Source of the DNA: Vulcanimicrobiota bacterium
GTDB taxonomy: Bacteria; Vulcanimicrobiota; Vulcanimicrobiia; Vulcanimicrobiales; Vulcanimicrobiaceae
Direction of reading: 5' to 3'
Length of the DNA stretch: 64,000 bases
NCBI GenBank assembly: GCA_963695225.1
Contig: OY968762.1
Coordinates: 1,568,001-1,632,000, forward strand
The position numbers and the translations under genes were made by a program. The notes under the pieces are model-generated. The model made no database searches and was not told the origin of the DNA. It saw nothing but the letters and a program-made list of their open reading frames with translations. Position 1 is the first letter of the stretch; the number at the start of each line of letters is the position of its first letter. Positions 9,322-19,159 of the stretch are shown one piece after another.

Positions 9322-10035
9322 GTGAACGCGACGCCAGTCAATCTCTACGTCGATCGGTTCATGACCAACTCGCCGAACACGGCCGAGGAAGTCTGGAACG
9401 CGACCAAAGAGCATTCGAAGATCTACGCCGAGGGTGCCCGGAAAGTCGGCTTGAGCGGCTCCGAATATGCCGAATTCCAGCAGGCGCTCCTCGACGGCAA
9501 GGCGTTGTACGTTCGGCTGCCGACGCACATCGACGCGATGGCGGGCCTGCACCATGGCCGGCCGTACGCGATCAAGTCCGTCACAGTCCCCGAAAAAACG
9601 CTCGGTTGGAAGGTTGCGCTTTCCGACGGTACGCTCGTCTACGTTCCGCAAGTTTGCGGCAACCTTTCGCTCGTACACGGAGCGAAAATTGCGCAACATC
9701 CTAAGAAGCCGACGCGAGTTGCGAATGTACCGCGCCAGACCGTCACTCAAGGCTCATCGTATACGCCGGTGACGTTCCAGCCGCCCGAGACGCCGCCGGC
9801 CACTTCGGGGCCGGTCTATTCACAACCGGTCTATACGCCGCCGGTCATCGCCTACACGCAGCCGGTCGTTTCGGCTCCGGAAGTCTCCCACGGATCCTTC
9901 CTACCGTTCCTCGTGCCGATCGTCGCGTTCGTCGGCGGAGCGGTCGGATCGGTCGCGAGCCCCCCGAGCACGATCGTTCCGCCCTGTTCGGAAGGCTCGA
10001 ACCTCTTGGGCGTCTGCCAACTCGGCCGTCGCTGA
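9322..10035 (+). CDS. Hypothetical protein with Pro/Thr/Val-rich linker and C-terminal hydrophobic segment
   Basis: Fills the gap between the deacetylase and acnA. Globular N-terminus ending VYVPQVCGNLSLV, then a linker, then FLPFLVPIVAFVGGAVG. Confidence 0.75.
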   Translation: MNATPVNLYVDRFMTNSPNTAEEVWNATKEHSKIYAEGARKVGLSGSEYAEFQQALLDGKALYVRLPTHIDAMAGLHHGRPYAIKSVTVPEKTLGWKVALSDGTLVYVPQVCGNLSLVHGAKIAQHPKKPTRVANVPRQTVTQGSSYTPVTFQPPETPPATSGPVYSQPVYTPPVIAYTQPVVSAPEVSHGSFLPFLVPIVAFVGGAVGSVASPPSTIVPPCSEGSNLLGVCQLGRR

Positions 10036-10081
10036 GCGCGTGAACGGGGCCGCTCGGCGCGGCCCGGCCCGATAGAGCCTC

Positions 10082-12814
10082 CTACTGCTTCGCCTTCAGC
10101 CGGCGCAGGACGTACTGCAGGATGCCGCCGTTGCGGTAGTACTCCGCTTCGTCGGGGGTATCGATGCGGACGACGGCGCGGAAGGACTTCGTCCCGCCGG
10201 CTGCATCGGTCGCGCGCACTTCGATCGTACTGCGGGGTACGATGCGCTCGCCGAGGCCGGCGATATCGAACGTTTCTTCGCCGTCGAGCCCTAGCGTCGC
10301 CCGATTCTCTCCGGCTGCGAACTCGAGCGGGAGAATGCCCATGCCGACGAGATTGCTGCGGTGGATGCGTTCGAACGATTCCGCGATCACCGCCCGCACG
10401 CCCAGGAGCATCGGCCCCTTCGCCGCCCAGTCGCGTGAAGAGCCCGAACCATATTCCTTCCCCGCGAGCACGATCAGCGGGATCCCCGCCGAGCGGTACG
10501 CCGCCGACGCGTCGAAGATCGACATCTGCTCGCCCGTCCGCAAGTACCGGGTGACGCCGCCTTCGACGCCGGGGACGAGCGCGTTGCGCAGCCGCGTGTT
10601 CGCGAACGTCCCGCGCACCATCACCTCGTGGTTGCCGCGGCGCGCACCGTACGAATTGAAATCCTTGGGAGCGACGCCCTTCTCGATCAGATAGAGTGCG
10701 GCGGGGGAACTCTTCGCGATCGAGCCGGCGGGTGAGATGTGGTCCGTCGTCACGCTATCCCCGAGGACGGCGAGCGCGCGAGCGCCGCGAATATCGCCGG
10801 GCGCGACCGGCTCGGCGGGCATGCCGTCGAAATACGGAGCCCGTTTCACGTACTCCGAAGTCTCGTCCCAGGCATACCGTTCGCCGCCGGGAACCGCGAG
10901 CGCACGCCAGCGATCGTCCCCTGCGTAGACGTCGGCGTAACACTCGCGAAACATCCCTTCGGTCACGCACGCCGCGACGGTCCGCTCGATCTCAGCGTTC
11001 GCCGGCCAGATGTCGGCCAGCGTAACGGGCGTCCCGTCGCTCGCGAAGCCGAGCGGTTCGCTCGTCAAGTCGACATCCATGCGGCCGGCGAGCGCGTAGG
11101 CGACCACGAGCGGAGGCGAGGCGAGGTAATTCGCTCGCACCTGCGGATGGATCCGCCCCTCGAAGTTGCGGTTCCCCGAGAGGACCGCGGCGACGATCAG
11201 ATCGCGTTCCGCGACGGCGTGCGCGACCTCTTCGGGGAGCGGACCGCTGTTCCCGATGCACGTCGTGCAACCGTAGCCGACGAGGTTGAAGCCGAGCGCG
11301 TCGAGATAGGTATCGAGCCCCGCGGCGCGCAGGTAATCCGTGACGACCTTCGAGCCGGGCGCGAGCGACGTCTTGACCCACGGCTTGCGCGTGAGGCCCT
11401 TTTCGACCGCCCGTTTCGCGAGGAGTCCGGCCGCAACGAGCACCGCCGGGTTCGACGTGTTCGTGCACGAGGTGATCGCCGCAATGACGACCGCACCGTC
11501 GGAGAGTTCCGTCGCCGGACGCACCGCGACGGCCGTCCCGCCGCCCTCGCCTTCCAGGCGCGCGAGCGCGGGAGCTTGCGATTTCGCTTCGCGCGCGCCC
11601 TGCCACTCGGCGAGCGCGGCCAGAAACGCCGGTTTGACCTTCGAGAGCGCGACGCGGTCTTGCGGGCGGCGCGGCCCGGCGAGGTTGGCCTCCACCTCCG
11701 AGAGGTCGAGTTCGAGCGTGTCGTTATAGCGAGGATCGGGGGAGTCGTCGGTGCGGAAGAGTCCCTGCGCCTTCGCATACGCTTCGACGAGCGCGACGTG
11801 CTCCGCGCTGCGCCCGGTCAAGCGCAGGTATGCGAGCGTTTGATCGTCGATCGGAAAGATCGCTACGGTCGAACCGTACTCGGGGGACATGTTCCCGATC
11901 GTCGTGCGGTCGCTCACCGTCAGGTTCGCCAGTCCCTTGCCGTAGAACTCGACGAATTTCCCGACGACGCCCTTCTTGCGGAGCATCTGCGTCACGTGCA
12001 GCACGAGGTCGGTCGCGGTGATCCCCTCGCGCAACTTGCCGTGGAGCTTCACGCCGATCACGTCGGGGATCAGCATCGAGACCGGCTGCCCGAGCATCGC
12101 AGCCTCGGCTTCGATGCCGCCGACGCCCCAGGCGAGCACGCCGAGGCCGTTCGCCATCGTCGTGTGCGAGTCGGTCCCGACGACGGTATCCGGATACGCG
12201 AGCGGCTCGACGCTCTCGTCGGAGGCTCCGAAGACGACGCGCGCAAGGTACTCGATGTTGACTTGATGGACGATGCCCGTGTCGGGCGGGACCGCCTTGA
12301 AGCCGTCGAGCGCCTGCTGCCCCCACTTGAGGAACGCATAGCGTTCGCGATTGCGCTCGAATTCGAGATCGGCGTTCACGGCGAACGCCTCGGGCGTACC
12401 GAACGCGTCGACTTGCACCGAGTGATCGATCACGAGTTCGACCGGTTGCAGGGGATTGATTTGTTTGGGCTCGCCGCCCATCGCGACGATCGCGTCGCGC
12501 ATCGCCGCGAGATCGACGACGCACGGAACGCCGGTGAAATCTTGCAAGAGCACGCGCGCCGGGCGGTAGGCGATCTCGCTCGCCGCGGCCTGCTCCGGAT
12601 CCCGGCCCGCGAGCGCCGCGATGTCGTCGCGGGTGACGCTGCGGCCGTCCTCGCAACGAAGTAGATTCTCCAGCAGAATCTTGAGGCTGAACGGCAACGT
12701 CCGCACGTTCGGGAACGCCTCGGAGAGCGCGTCGAGCCGGTAGTACGCGTACGTGCGCGAGCCCACCGTCAGCGCGGCGCGGGCGGAAAAACTGTTCGGA
12801 TGCGGATCGGACAT
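10082..12814 (-). CDS. acnA: Aconitate hydratase A
   Basis: [64 protein letters not shown] motifs. Confidence 0.98.
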   Translation of the reverse strand: MSDPHPNSFSARAALTVGSRTYAYYRLDALSEAFPNVRTLPFSLKILLENLLRCEDGRSVTRDDIAALAGRDPEQAAASEIAYRPARVLLQDFTGVPCVVDLAAMRDAIVAMGGEPKQINPLQPVELVIDHSVQVDAFGTPEAFAVNADLEFERNRERYAFLKWGQQALDGFKAVPPDTGIVHQVNIEYLARVVFGASDESVEPLAYPDTVVGTDSHTTMANGLGVLAWGVGGIEAEAAMLGQPVSMLIPDVIGVKLHGKLREGITATDLVLHVTQMLRKKGVVGKFVEFYGKGLANLTVSDRTTIGNMSPEYGSTVAIFPIDDQTLAYLRLTGRSAEHVALVEAYAKAQGLFRTDDSPDPRYNDTLELDLSEVEANLAGPRRPQDRVALSKVKPAFLAALAEWQGAREAKSQAPALARLEGEGGGTAVAVRPATELSDGAVVIAAITSCTNTSNPAVLVAAGLLAKRAVEKGLTRKPWVKTSLAPGSKVVTDYLRAAGLDTYLDALGFNLVGYGCTTCIGNSGPLPEEVAHAVAERDLIVAAVLSGNRNFEGRIHPQVRANYLASPPLVVAYALAGRMDVDLTSEPLGFASDGTPVTLADIWPANAEIERTVAACVTEGMFRECYADVYAGDDRWRALAVPGGERYAWDETSEYVKRAPYFDGMPAEPVAPGDIRGARALAVLGDSVTTDHISPAGSIAKSSPAALYLIEKGVAPKDFNSYGARRGNHEVMVRGTFANTRLRNALVPGVEGGVTRYLRTGEQMSIFDASAAYRSAGIPLIVLAGKEYGSGSSRDWAAKGPMLLGVRAVIAESFERIHRSNLVGMGILPLEFAAGENRATLGLDGEETFDIAGLGERIVPRSTIEVRATDAAGGTKSFRAVVRIDTPDEAEYYRNGGILQYVLRRLKAKQ

Positions 12815-12844
12815 GGGGCCCGGGTTCGCCCCGGGAGCGACCCG

Positions 12845-14059
12845 TTACTCCGTGCTCGAGGCGAACGCGCGATCCACGCGCGCGACGCGCGGCGAGCCCT
12901 CCGCGGCCCCCGCGATCGAGAGCATCGTCTTCCCGTGCAAGAGCGCGTGCAGCGGTTCGGCGACAAGCCCGCTACGCCAGCTACCGCCCGTTGTCTCGTC
13001 ATCCACGGCGGCGAGCCGCGCGAGAGCCTCCGGCGTCCGCGGCAATTCGCGCGCAATGCGTTCGATCGCGGCCCGCGGCAGGAGTAGCGAGGGCGGGAGG
13101 TCGTTCTCCGCCGCAATCGCGCTGACGAGAACCGAAAGGCAGGCGACGATCGCCTCGCGATCGGGGCCGGGCGGTCGCGCCGGCTTGCGCGGAAGGTCGA
13201 CGTCCTCCAGTGCGAGTCCGCGCTCGACGGCCTCGACGATTCGGTCGCCGTAGGCTTTGCGCGCGCCCGCGTCGAGCCTGCGCAGCTGTGAGAGATCGTC
13301 GCGCGTCGCCGGACGAAGATGGACGATGGCGGCCATCACGTCGTCCGGAATGATGAACTTGAGCGGGACGTCCCGATCGCGCGCGATGCGATCGCGCAAG
13401 ATCGCGACTTCGCGCAGGATGCCGAGCTCGCGACGATTCATCCGCATCGCGCCCGAGATGCGCAGGTAGAGACGCTCGGGATCGGCAGCGTAGCGCGCCG
13501 GATCGACGAGCGAGCGCGCCTCCTCTTCGGCCCATTCCGAACGGCCGCTCCGCGCGAGGGCTTCGCCCAAACGGTCCTGCAGCGTGAAGAGGTGGCGCAC
13601 GTCGTCGACGAGGTATTCGATCTGTTGCGGCGAGAGCGGCCGCGAACTCCAATCGCTGACCGTTTGCGATTTCCGCAAGCGAACGCCGGCGACGTTCTGC
13701 ACCAGGTCGGCGAGCGAGATCGACATGCCGAATCCGCTGAACGCCGCGGCTAGCTGCGTGTCGAACGCGCGCGCGGGCAAACGCCCGAAACGGTCCGCAA
13801 AGATCTTCAGATCGCTCTGCAACGCGTGCCCGACGACGGTCCGGCTCGCAAGGGCGTCCGCGAGCGGCTGCAACGATTGCAGCCGGAGCGGGTCGACTAG
13901 CGCCACCTCGTCGCCGAAGGCGAGTTGCACGACCATCAGCCGCGCCGAGTACGAACGCTCGTTGTGGAATTCCGTATCCAGCGCTACCCGCTCCGCCGTT
14001 GCGACCGTCTCGCAGAGACGCGCGAAGGGTTCCTCTTCATCGATCAACCGGACGTTCAT
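12845..14059 (-). CDS. rnd: Ribonuclease D (DEDDy exonuclease + HRDC)
   Basis: ALDTEF, FDTQLAA, SDWSSRPLS..QIEY..DD, HRDC-like ARDRDVP. Start at MNVRLIDEE (14059). Confidence 0.9.
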   Translation of the reverse strand: MNVRLIDEEEPFARLCETVATAERVALDTEFHNERSYSARLMVVQLAFGDEVALVDPLRLQSLQPLADALASRTVVGHALQSDLKIFADRFGRLPARAFDTQLAAAFSGFGMSISLADLVQNVAGVRLRKSQTVSDWSSRPLSPQQIEYLVDDVRHLFTLQDRLGEALARSGRSEWAEEEARSLVDPARYAADPERLYLRISGAMRMNRRELGILREVAILRDRIARDRDVPLKFIIPDDVMAAIVHLRPATRDDLSQLRRLDAGARKAYGDRIVEAVERGLALEDVDLPRKPARPPGPDREAIVACLSVLVSAIAAENDLPPSLLLPRAAIERIARELPRTPEALARLAAVDDETTGGSWRSGLVAEPLHALLHGKTMLSIAGAAEGSPRVARVDRAFASSTE

Positions 14060-14655
14060 GGTCCCACCGGAATCGACCTGACGAGCAGGTCGTGAAGCGT
14101 ATCGGAGACGCTGTCCCCGAAGATTGCAAGGACGGTACAGATCGGAATCGCGATCGCGGACATCGTCAGAATGTGGATGCCGAGCGGGACGCGCATGGCG
14201 GCCGCCGTTTGCGTCGCGATCGTGCCGCCGAGCCCCGGGATGATGCGGACAACGAGCAAGAACATTGGCGACCCGAGCTTGAAATGCCTGACCCACGGCG
14301 GGAGCCGTTGAAACCGTTCCTCGAGATCCAGCAGCCGCGAGGTCCGCAGCGCGACGAGGTACCCGACGATCGCGGCAAAGACGATGCCGAGCGCGTTCAC
14401 AACCGAACCCCAGAGCGGCCCGAAGATGATCCCGTTCATCACCGCGAGCACGTCCGTCACCGAAAACGGCGCCGAGGCCACCAGCGTGAAGATCAGGACC
14501 GCAAGGGGGTAGGCCAATAGTCGATTCGATGCGAGCAGGGTCTCGACCGCCGTCCGCTCCCGTACGACGACCGCGCCGAGGACAAACGACCCGATGAAAA
14601 TTGCGACCGCCTCCGCCCGGCGCCAAGACGTCGGCGTCAAGTAATGTTCTTCCAA
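14056..14655 (-). CDS. DedA/VTT (SNARE-associated) family membrane protein
   Basis: NGIIFGPLWG and VRIIPG motifs, several TM segments. Start uncertain (TTG 14655 or TTG 14640). Confidence 0.75.
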   Translation of the reverse strand: MEEHYLTPTSWRRAEAVAIFIGSFVLGAVVVRERTAVETLLASNRLLAYPLAVLIFTLVASAPFSVTDVLAVMNGIIFGPLWGSVVNALGIVFAAIVGYLVALRTSRLLDLEERFQRLPPWVRHFKLGSPMFLLVVRIIPGLGGTIATQTAAAMRVPLGIHILTMSAIAIPICTVLAIFGDSVSDTLHDLLVRSIPVGP

Positions 14656-15030
14656 ACCACAATCCTATTGCTTTGCGGCGTGGGCCTGTATGCCTCCGCC
14701 TTCATGCTCCGGAAATGGCGCTCGGCGCAACGCGGGGAGTTGCGGGAGGAGAGCATCGTGCGAACGCCGCAGGCGCGGGCCCTCGGCGGTATCCCGAACG
14801 CGGCGATCGGGATCGTCTACTATGCCGCCCTCGCCGTCGCGGTGCCGGCGCTCGGCCTTGCGACCGTATGGTGGGCCGCGCTGGGGGCGGCGGCGGCCGC
14901 CGGGGCCTTCTCGGCCTATCTGGCGTACGGCCTGCTCTTCGTCACGCGCGCTCCGTGCCCGTACTGTTGGGCAAGCCACGTCGCGAACTGGGCGATCCTC
15001 GCGCTCCTCCTCGCGCTACGGCCGCATTGA
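14644..15030 (+). CDS. Vitamin K epoxide reductase (VKOR) family protein
   Basis: About 4 TM segments, GIPNAAIG and CPYCWASH active-site motif. Confidence 0.8.
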   Translation: MFFQTTILLLCGVGLYASAFMLRKWRSAQRGELREESIVRTPQARALGGIPNAAIGIVYYAALAVAVPALGLATVWWAALGAAAAAGAFSAYLAYGLLFVTRAPCPYCWASHVANWAILALLLALRPH

Positions 15031-15102
15031 TCGCCTCACGAATTGCATCGCGCTTCGCCGTTTCAGCGTCTCGAGCGTCCGGCGCACCGGCGCCGGACGC
15101 GC

Positions 15103-15540
15103 TCACTGAATGACGGTGATCGTATTCGCGTTGAGCGAGCCGTCGCTCTGCGGGTCGCCGGAAACGCTGACCGTGTCGCCGTTCTTGATCGACCAGCCGC
15201 GCGGGTTGATGACCGTCCCCTGATGCAAGTGGATCGAGCGGTACGAATTGCGTCCCGTCTGCACTTGCATCTCGAAGCGGCGGAAATACGAAACCTGTCC
15301 GCGCGTCTCGTTGGCGCGGCGGTTCAGTTCGTCGAGGCCCTGGTTCACCTCGCCCTTGATGATCGAATTGACGGCGTTGATCACCTGATTCACCGTTTGC
15401 CCCCCGAGAGAGCTCGGGAGTTGCGGCGCGCTCGACGTTGCGGCCGGGCTCGGTGAAGGCGTGGGGCCCGTCTCGGCGGCGGCCGCGCCGGCGGCGAGGG
15501 AGAGGGCGAGGGCAAAGGCTGCGACGAAGCGCGTGTTCAT
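15103..15540 (-). CDS. Hypothetical secreted protein (signal peptide, Pro/Ser linker, small beta domain)
   Basis: MNTRFVAAFALALSLAAGAAAA signal peptide. C-terminus IHLHQGTVINPRG..GDTVSVSG is OB-fold-like. Confidence 0.7.
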   Translation of the reverse strand: MNTRFVAAFALALSLAAGAAAAETGPTPSPSPAATSSAPQLPSSLGGQTVNQVINAVNSIIKGEVNQGLDELNRRANETRGQVSYFRRFEMQVQTGRNSYRSIHLHQGTVINPRGWSIKNGDTVSVSGDPQSDGSLNANTITVIQ

Positions 15541-15544
15541 ACGT

Positions 15545-16327
15545 TTGCGAAACGAAGCGCCGTCCGCCCGAGTTCCCCGCCCCGCCGCCACGGTGATGCT
15601 CGTCCGCGACCGCCCGGCCGGCGGAATAGCCGTGTACATGACGCGGCGCAGCGCCGCGAGCGCGTTCATGCCGGACGCTTACGTCTTCCCGGGAGGCGCC
15701 GCCGACCCGGGCGACGGCGCCCCGGAGATCCTCGCGCGCCTGCATCCGGACGCCCGTGCCGCCGACGCCGGTCGCCGCCCTGCGGCGCTCGTCGAGCCGA
15801 GGCTCGTCGTCACGGCCTTGCGCGAACTCTTCGAGGAAGCGGGGATCCTGTTCGCAGCGGCGCCTGACGGCTCGCCGAAAGCGCTTCCGTCCGAGGTGCT
15901 CGCCGCCGAGCGCGCCGCTCTCCTCCGCGGCGGCCGGTCGCTCCCGGAGCTCTTGGCGGCGAACGACGCCTTCCTCGACGGGCGCGAGCTCGTCTACTAC
16001 TCGAATTGGATCACGCCGGCCGTAGAGCCGCGCCGCTTCGACGCTCACTTCTTCGTCGCGCGCGAGCCGGAGGGACAGACCGCCGCCGCCGATGCGATCG
16101 AAGTGCACGACGGCCTTTGGGTCGCGCCGCAAGAGGCGCTGGAACGAGGGCGCAACAACGAGTTGACGCTCGTCTTCCCGACCATCAAACACCTCGAACG
16201 GTTGGCCGAAGCGTCGTCCGTCGACGGGCTGTTGCGAGCGGCGCGTTCGCGCGTCGTGCGGCCGGTCGAACCCGAAGCGCTGCCGGGCGGCGTCTTCACG
16301 ATACCGCCGGAACGGGAACCCTGGTGA
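15545..16327 (+). CDS. NUDIX hydrolase
   Basis: RPAATVML, FMPDAYVFPGG, ALRELFEEAGI, WITP...RRFDAHFF. Start uncertain. Confidence 0.88.
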   Translation: MRNEAPSARVPRPAATVMLVRDRPAGGIAVYMTRRSAASAFMPDAYVFPGGAADPGDGAPEILARLHPDARAADAGRRPAALVEPRLVVTALRELFEEAGILFAAAPDGSPKALPSEVLAAERAALLRGGRSLPELLAANDAFLDGRELVYYSNWITPAVEPRRFDAHFFVAREPEGQTAAADAIEVHDGLWVAPQEALERGRNNELTLVFPTIKHLERLAEASSVDGLLRAARSRVVRPVEPEALPGGVFTIPPEREPW

Positions 16328-17247
16328 CGCGAGCGCGCGTCACCAGGATCCTCGCGCCCAATCCATCGCCGATGACGCTCGAGGGGACGAACTCATTCCT
16401 CGTCGATGCCGGCGGGGGGCGGGCGTTCGCGATCGATCCCGGTCCCGCGATCCCGGCGCACGTCGAACGCATCGCAGCGACGGCCGACGACCTCGGCCTG
16501 CGGATCGAGGCGATCCTCGTGACGCACGGGCATCCCGATCACGCTCCCGGCGCGGCACCGCTCGCGCTACGCACCGGGGCGCGCATTTACGCCCATGCGG
16601 ACGCGAACGTTCCGTTCGACGCTGCGCTCGCAGACGGCGCGACCGTCCGCGCCGGCGGAACCGAGATCGTCGCCTTCCACGCTCCGGGACACGCGCCCGA
16701 CCACCTGGTCTTCTTCTTAGAGAGCGCGCGCACGCTGTTCACGGGCGATGTGATCGTCGGACGCGGCACGATTCTGATCGCGCCGCCGAACGGCGACATG
16801 CGGGAGTATCAGGCGACGCTCGTTCGCTTGCGTGCGCTCGCGAGCGAGTTCGACCGCATCGAAGGCGGGCACGGCGATGCGATCTCGGAACCGCTCGCGA
16901 AGCTCGACGAATACGTGCGACATCGCGAAATGCGCGAGCGCGCGATCCTCGCGACGCTCGCGCGGGGCCCGCAGTCGATTCCCGAAATCGTCGCGCACGT
17001 CTATCGCGATACGCCGCAAATCCTATGGGGCGCGGCGGCCCGCCAGGTCCTCGCGCACCTGATCGCGCTCGAACGCGAGGGGCGCGTGCACGCCGAGCAT
17101 CTCGAGCGCGCTCCGACCGAGCGCGAGGACGCGATCCTCAACCCCGACGTGGGCGCGCTCGTCGACGAGCACAGCCGCGCCGTCGCGAGCGCGGAACTCG
17201 GCGTCGCAGAGCGCATCGAGCGCCTCGCCGTCTACGAGCGGACGTAG
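16324..17247 (+). CDS. MBL-fold metallo-hydrolase (LACTB2-like)
   Basis: APNPSPMTLEGTN, THGHPDH, PGHAPDH, LFTGD, GHG motifs. Confidence 0.9.
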   Translation: MTRARVTRILAPNPSPMTLEGTNSFLVDAGGGRAFAIDPGPAIPAHVERIAATADDLGLRIEAILVTHGHPDHAPGAAPLALRTGARIYAHADANVPFDAALADGATVRAGGTEIVAFHAPGHAPDHLVFFLESARTLFTGDVIVGRGTILIAPPNGDMREYQATLVRLRALASEFDRIEGGHGDAISEPLAKLDEYVRHREMRERAILATLARGPQSIPEIVAHVYRDTPQILWGAAARQVLAHLIALEREGRVHAEHLERAPTEREDAILNPDVGALVDEHSRAVASAELGVAERIERLAVYERT

Positions 17248-17268
17248 GCGCCGTCGAAGCGGCGGAAC

Positions 17269-18276
17269 TTACGCGATCGAGAGCACGACCTTCCCGAACT
17301 GCTCCGTTTCGAGTTGGCGACGCGCCGCGTCGACGATCCGCTCCAGCGGGTAGACGCGGTCGACGACGGGCCGCAGGCGCGTTTCCGCTACGAGGCGCAG
17401 CAGCGCCGCGAAATCGGAGGGGCTGCCCATCGATGTTCCGAGGATCGTGAGGTGCTTCCAGAAGATCGGGAAGGGCCGGATCGTCGCGTTCCCGGTCGTC
17501 CCGCCGTAGACGACGATGCGCGCCCCGTACCGCGCGATTTCGAGCGCACGCGAAAACGTTTCGCCGCCGGCGCTGTCGACGACGAGCGTCGGACCGCCGC
17601 CCGAGGCGTCGCGGACTTCCTTGTGCCAGGCGGGCGAGGTCTTGTAGTTGATCGCGACGTCGGCCCCGAGCGCTTTCGCGCGCGCAAGTTTCTCATCGCT
17701 CCCGGACGTGACGATCGTGCGGCAGCCGAAGTGCTTGGCGAACAGCAGCACGAAGGTCTGGACGCCTCCGCCGATGCCGGTGATGAGAACCGTATCCTCC
17801 GGGACCAGCCGCCCGCGCGTGAACGTCGCGCGGTAGGCCGTCAAGCCCGCAAGCGGGAGCGCCGCGGCCTCGGCCTCCGTCAAGTGCTCCGGCGCGGGAT
17901 GGACGTTCTGCGCGGGGACGATCACGTATTCGGCAAACGTCCCGTCGCCCGGCATCCCGACGATCCCGCCGTCGCGGCTGAGGATCCCCGGATCGTCGTT
18001 CCAGCCGAGCTGCGGATCGATGACGACGCGCGTCCCCGGCGGCGGACCCGTGACCCCCGCGCCGAGTTCGGCGACGCTGCCGGCGCCGTCCGAACCCAGC
18101 GTGCACGGGAGCGCGATGCCCGGATAGAGCCCCTGCGTGATGAACAGGTCGCGACGGTTCAACGCAGCGGCGGCGATTCGGACGGAGATCTCGCCGGGCC
18201 CGGGATGGGGCTGCGGCACCTCCTCGACGCGGAGGTTCTCGGGGCCGGTGATTTCGTGCAGACGAGCGGCGCGCAA
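17269..18276 (-). CDS. MDR-family NAD(P)H-dependent oxidoreductase (quinone reductase-like)
   Basis: LNRRD, LGSDGAG, GTFAEY, LPLAGLTAYRA, GIGGGV, FGKVVL. Start TTG 18276. Confidence 0.88.
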   Translation of the reverse strand: MRAARLHEITGPENLRVEEVPQPHPGPGEISVRIAAAALNRRDLFITQGLYPGIALPCTLGSDGAGSVAELGAGVTGPPPGTRVVIDPQLGWNDDPGILSRDGGIVGMPGDGTFAEYVIVPAQNVHPAPEHLTEAEAAALPLAGLTAYRATFTRGRLVPEDTVLITGIGGGVQTFVLLFAKHFGCRTIVTSGSDEKLARAKALGADVAINYKTSPAWHKEVRDASGGGPTLVVDSAGGETFSRALEIARYGARIVVYGGTTGNATIRPFPIFWKHLTILGTSMGSPSDFAALLRLVAETRLRPVVDRVYPLERIVDAARRQLETEQFGKVVLSIA

Positions 18277-18286
18277 GGGAAACCTC

Positions 18287-19159
18287 CTAGATGGACGCGG
18301 CAGGTTCGGGCGTCGGCGCGGGCGCCGGGGAGGCAGACGATTCCTCGGAAGCGGCGGTGGGCGCCGCGCTCGCGGCCGGGACGGGCGAGGCGGAGGCTTG
18401 CGGGCTCGCCGGAGCCGCGGACTCGCCCGGCGGGGCAACGGCCGGGAGTTGCCCGGAGAGGCCGCGGCCGACGTTGACCGCGCGTCCCAACAGCGCCGGC
18501 CCGAACGCCGAGGCTTGCGCCGCGACGCCGAGTGCCGAGGTCAGCCCGCCGCCGAAGAGCACCTGGGCGTACCCAAGCGCGCTCAACACCCCGATCGCGA
18601 GCATCGGGGCGAACGGGCCGATCACGCTCCCCCCGACGACCGTCCCGGCGACGAGATCGCCGAGTCGCTGGTGCTTCGGCGTCACGGCCGCGAGCAGCGG
18701 GCCGATCAAGAGCAGGTCGACGGGGCGGAGCAGATTCCTCGCGAAGACGCGCCCGAAGCCTGCCCACCCTCCTCGCAGCGTACGCACGTTCAGGGCAAAG
18801 AGCATCTTCCCGACCGTCGTGCCGACGAGCGCTTCCATCACGAATGCGAAGATCCACGCGCAGCCGAGCGAGAGGCCGGCGAGCGCGGCAAACGCACCTT
18901 CGCTGCGCGCGGCGACGGGGACGAGGACCCACGCATACGCCGCCGCCCCCCCGATCGCCGCGTTGAAGAAGAACGTCGCGACCAGGTAGCCGATTGCGAA
19001 GATATCGACGCAGGCGGCGCAAAACCGCCGGATCAAGTAGACCGGCAGGCTTCCGAACTTCGGCTCGTACGGCCGCGGCGCCGGCGCCTTGGGCGCGGCG
19101 ACTACGCCCCCCGCTGCCGCCGCCGCCTGGATCGGCGGCGGCGGCGGCAGGTCGCTCAT
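18287..19159 (-). CDS. RDD family membrane protein
   Basis: RRFCAACVD, GTTVGKML, RNLLRPVD, QRLGDLVAGTVV motifs. Confidence 0.85.
   Translation of the reverse strand: MSDLPPPPPIQAAAAAGGVVAAPKAPAPRPYEPKFGSLPVYLIRRFCAACVDIFAIGYLVATFFFNAAIGGAAAYAWVLVPVAARSEGAFAALAGLSLGCAWIFAFVMEALVGTTVGKMLFALNVRTLRGGWAGFGRVFARNLLRPVDLLLIGPLLAAVTPKHQRLGDLVAGTVVGGSVIGPFAPMLAIGVLSALGYAQVLFGGGLTSALGVAAQASAFGPALLGRAVNVGRGLSGQLPAVAPPGESAAPASPQASASPVPAASAAPTAASEESSASPAPAPTPEPAASI

Noticed and set aside
14060..14662. Apparent 200-aa N-terminal extension of RNase D
   Set aside because: Overlaps the DedA gene in another frame; RNase D homology starts at MNVRLIDEE (14059)
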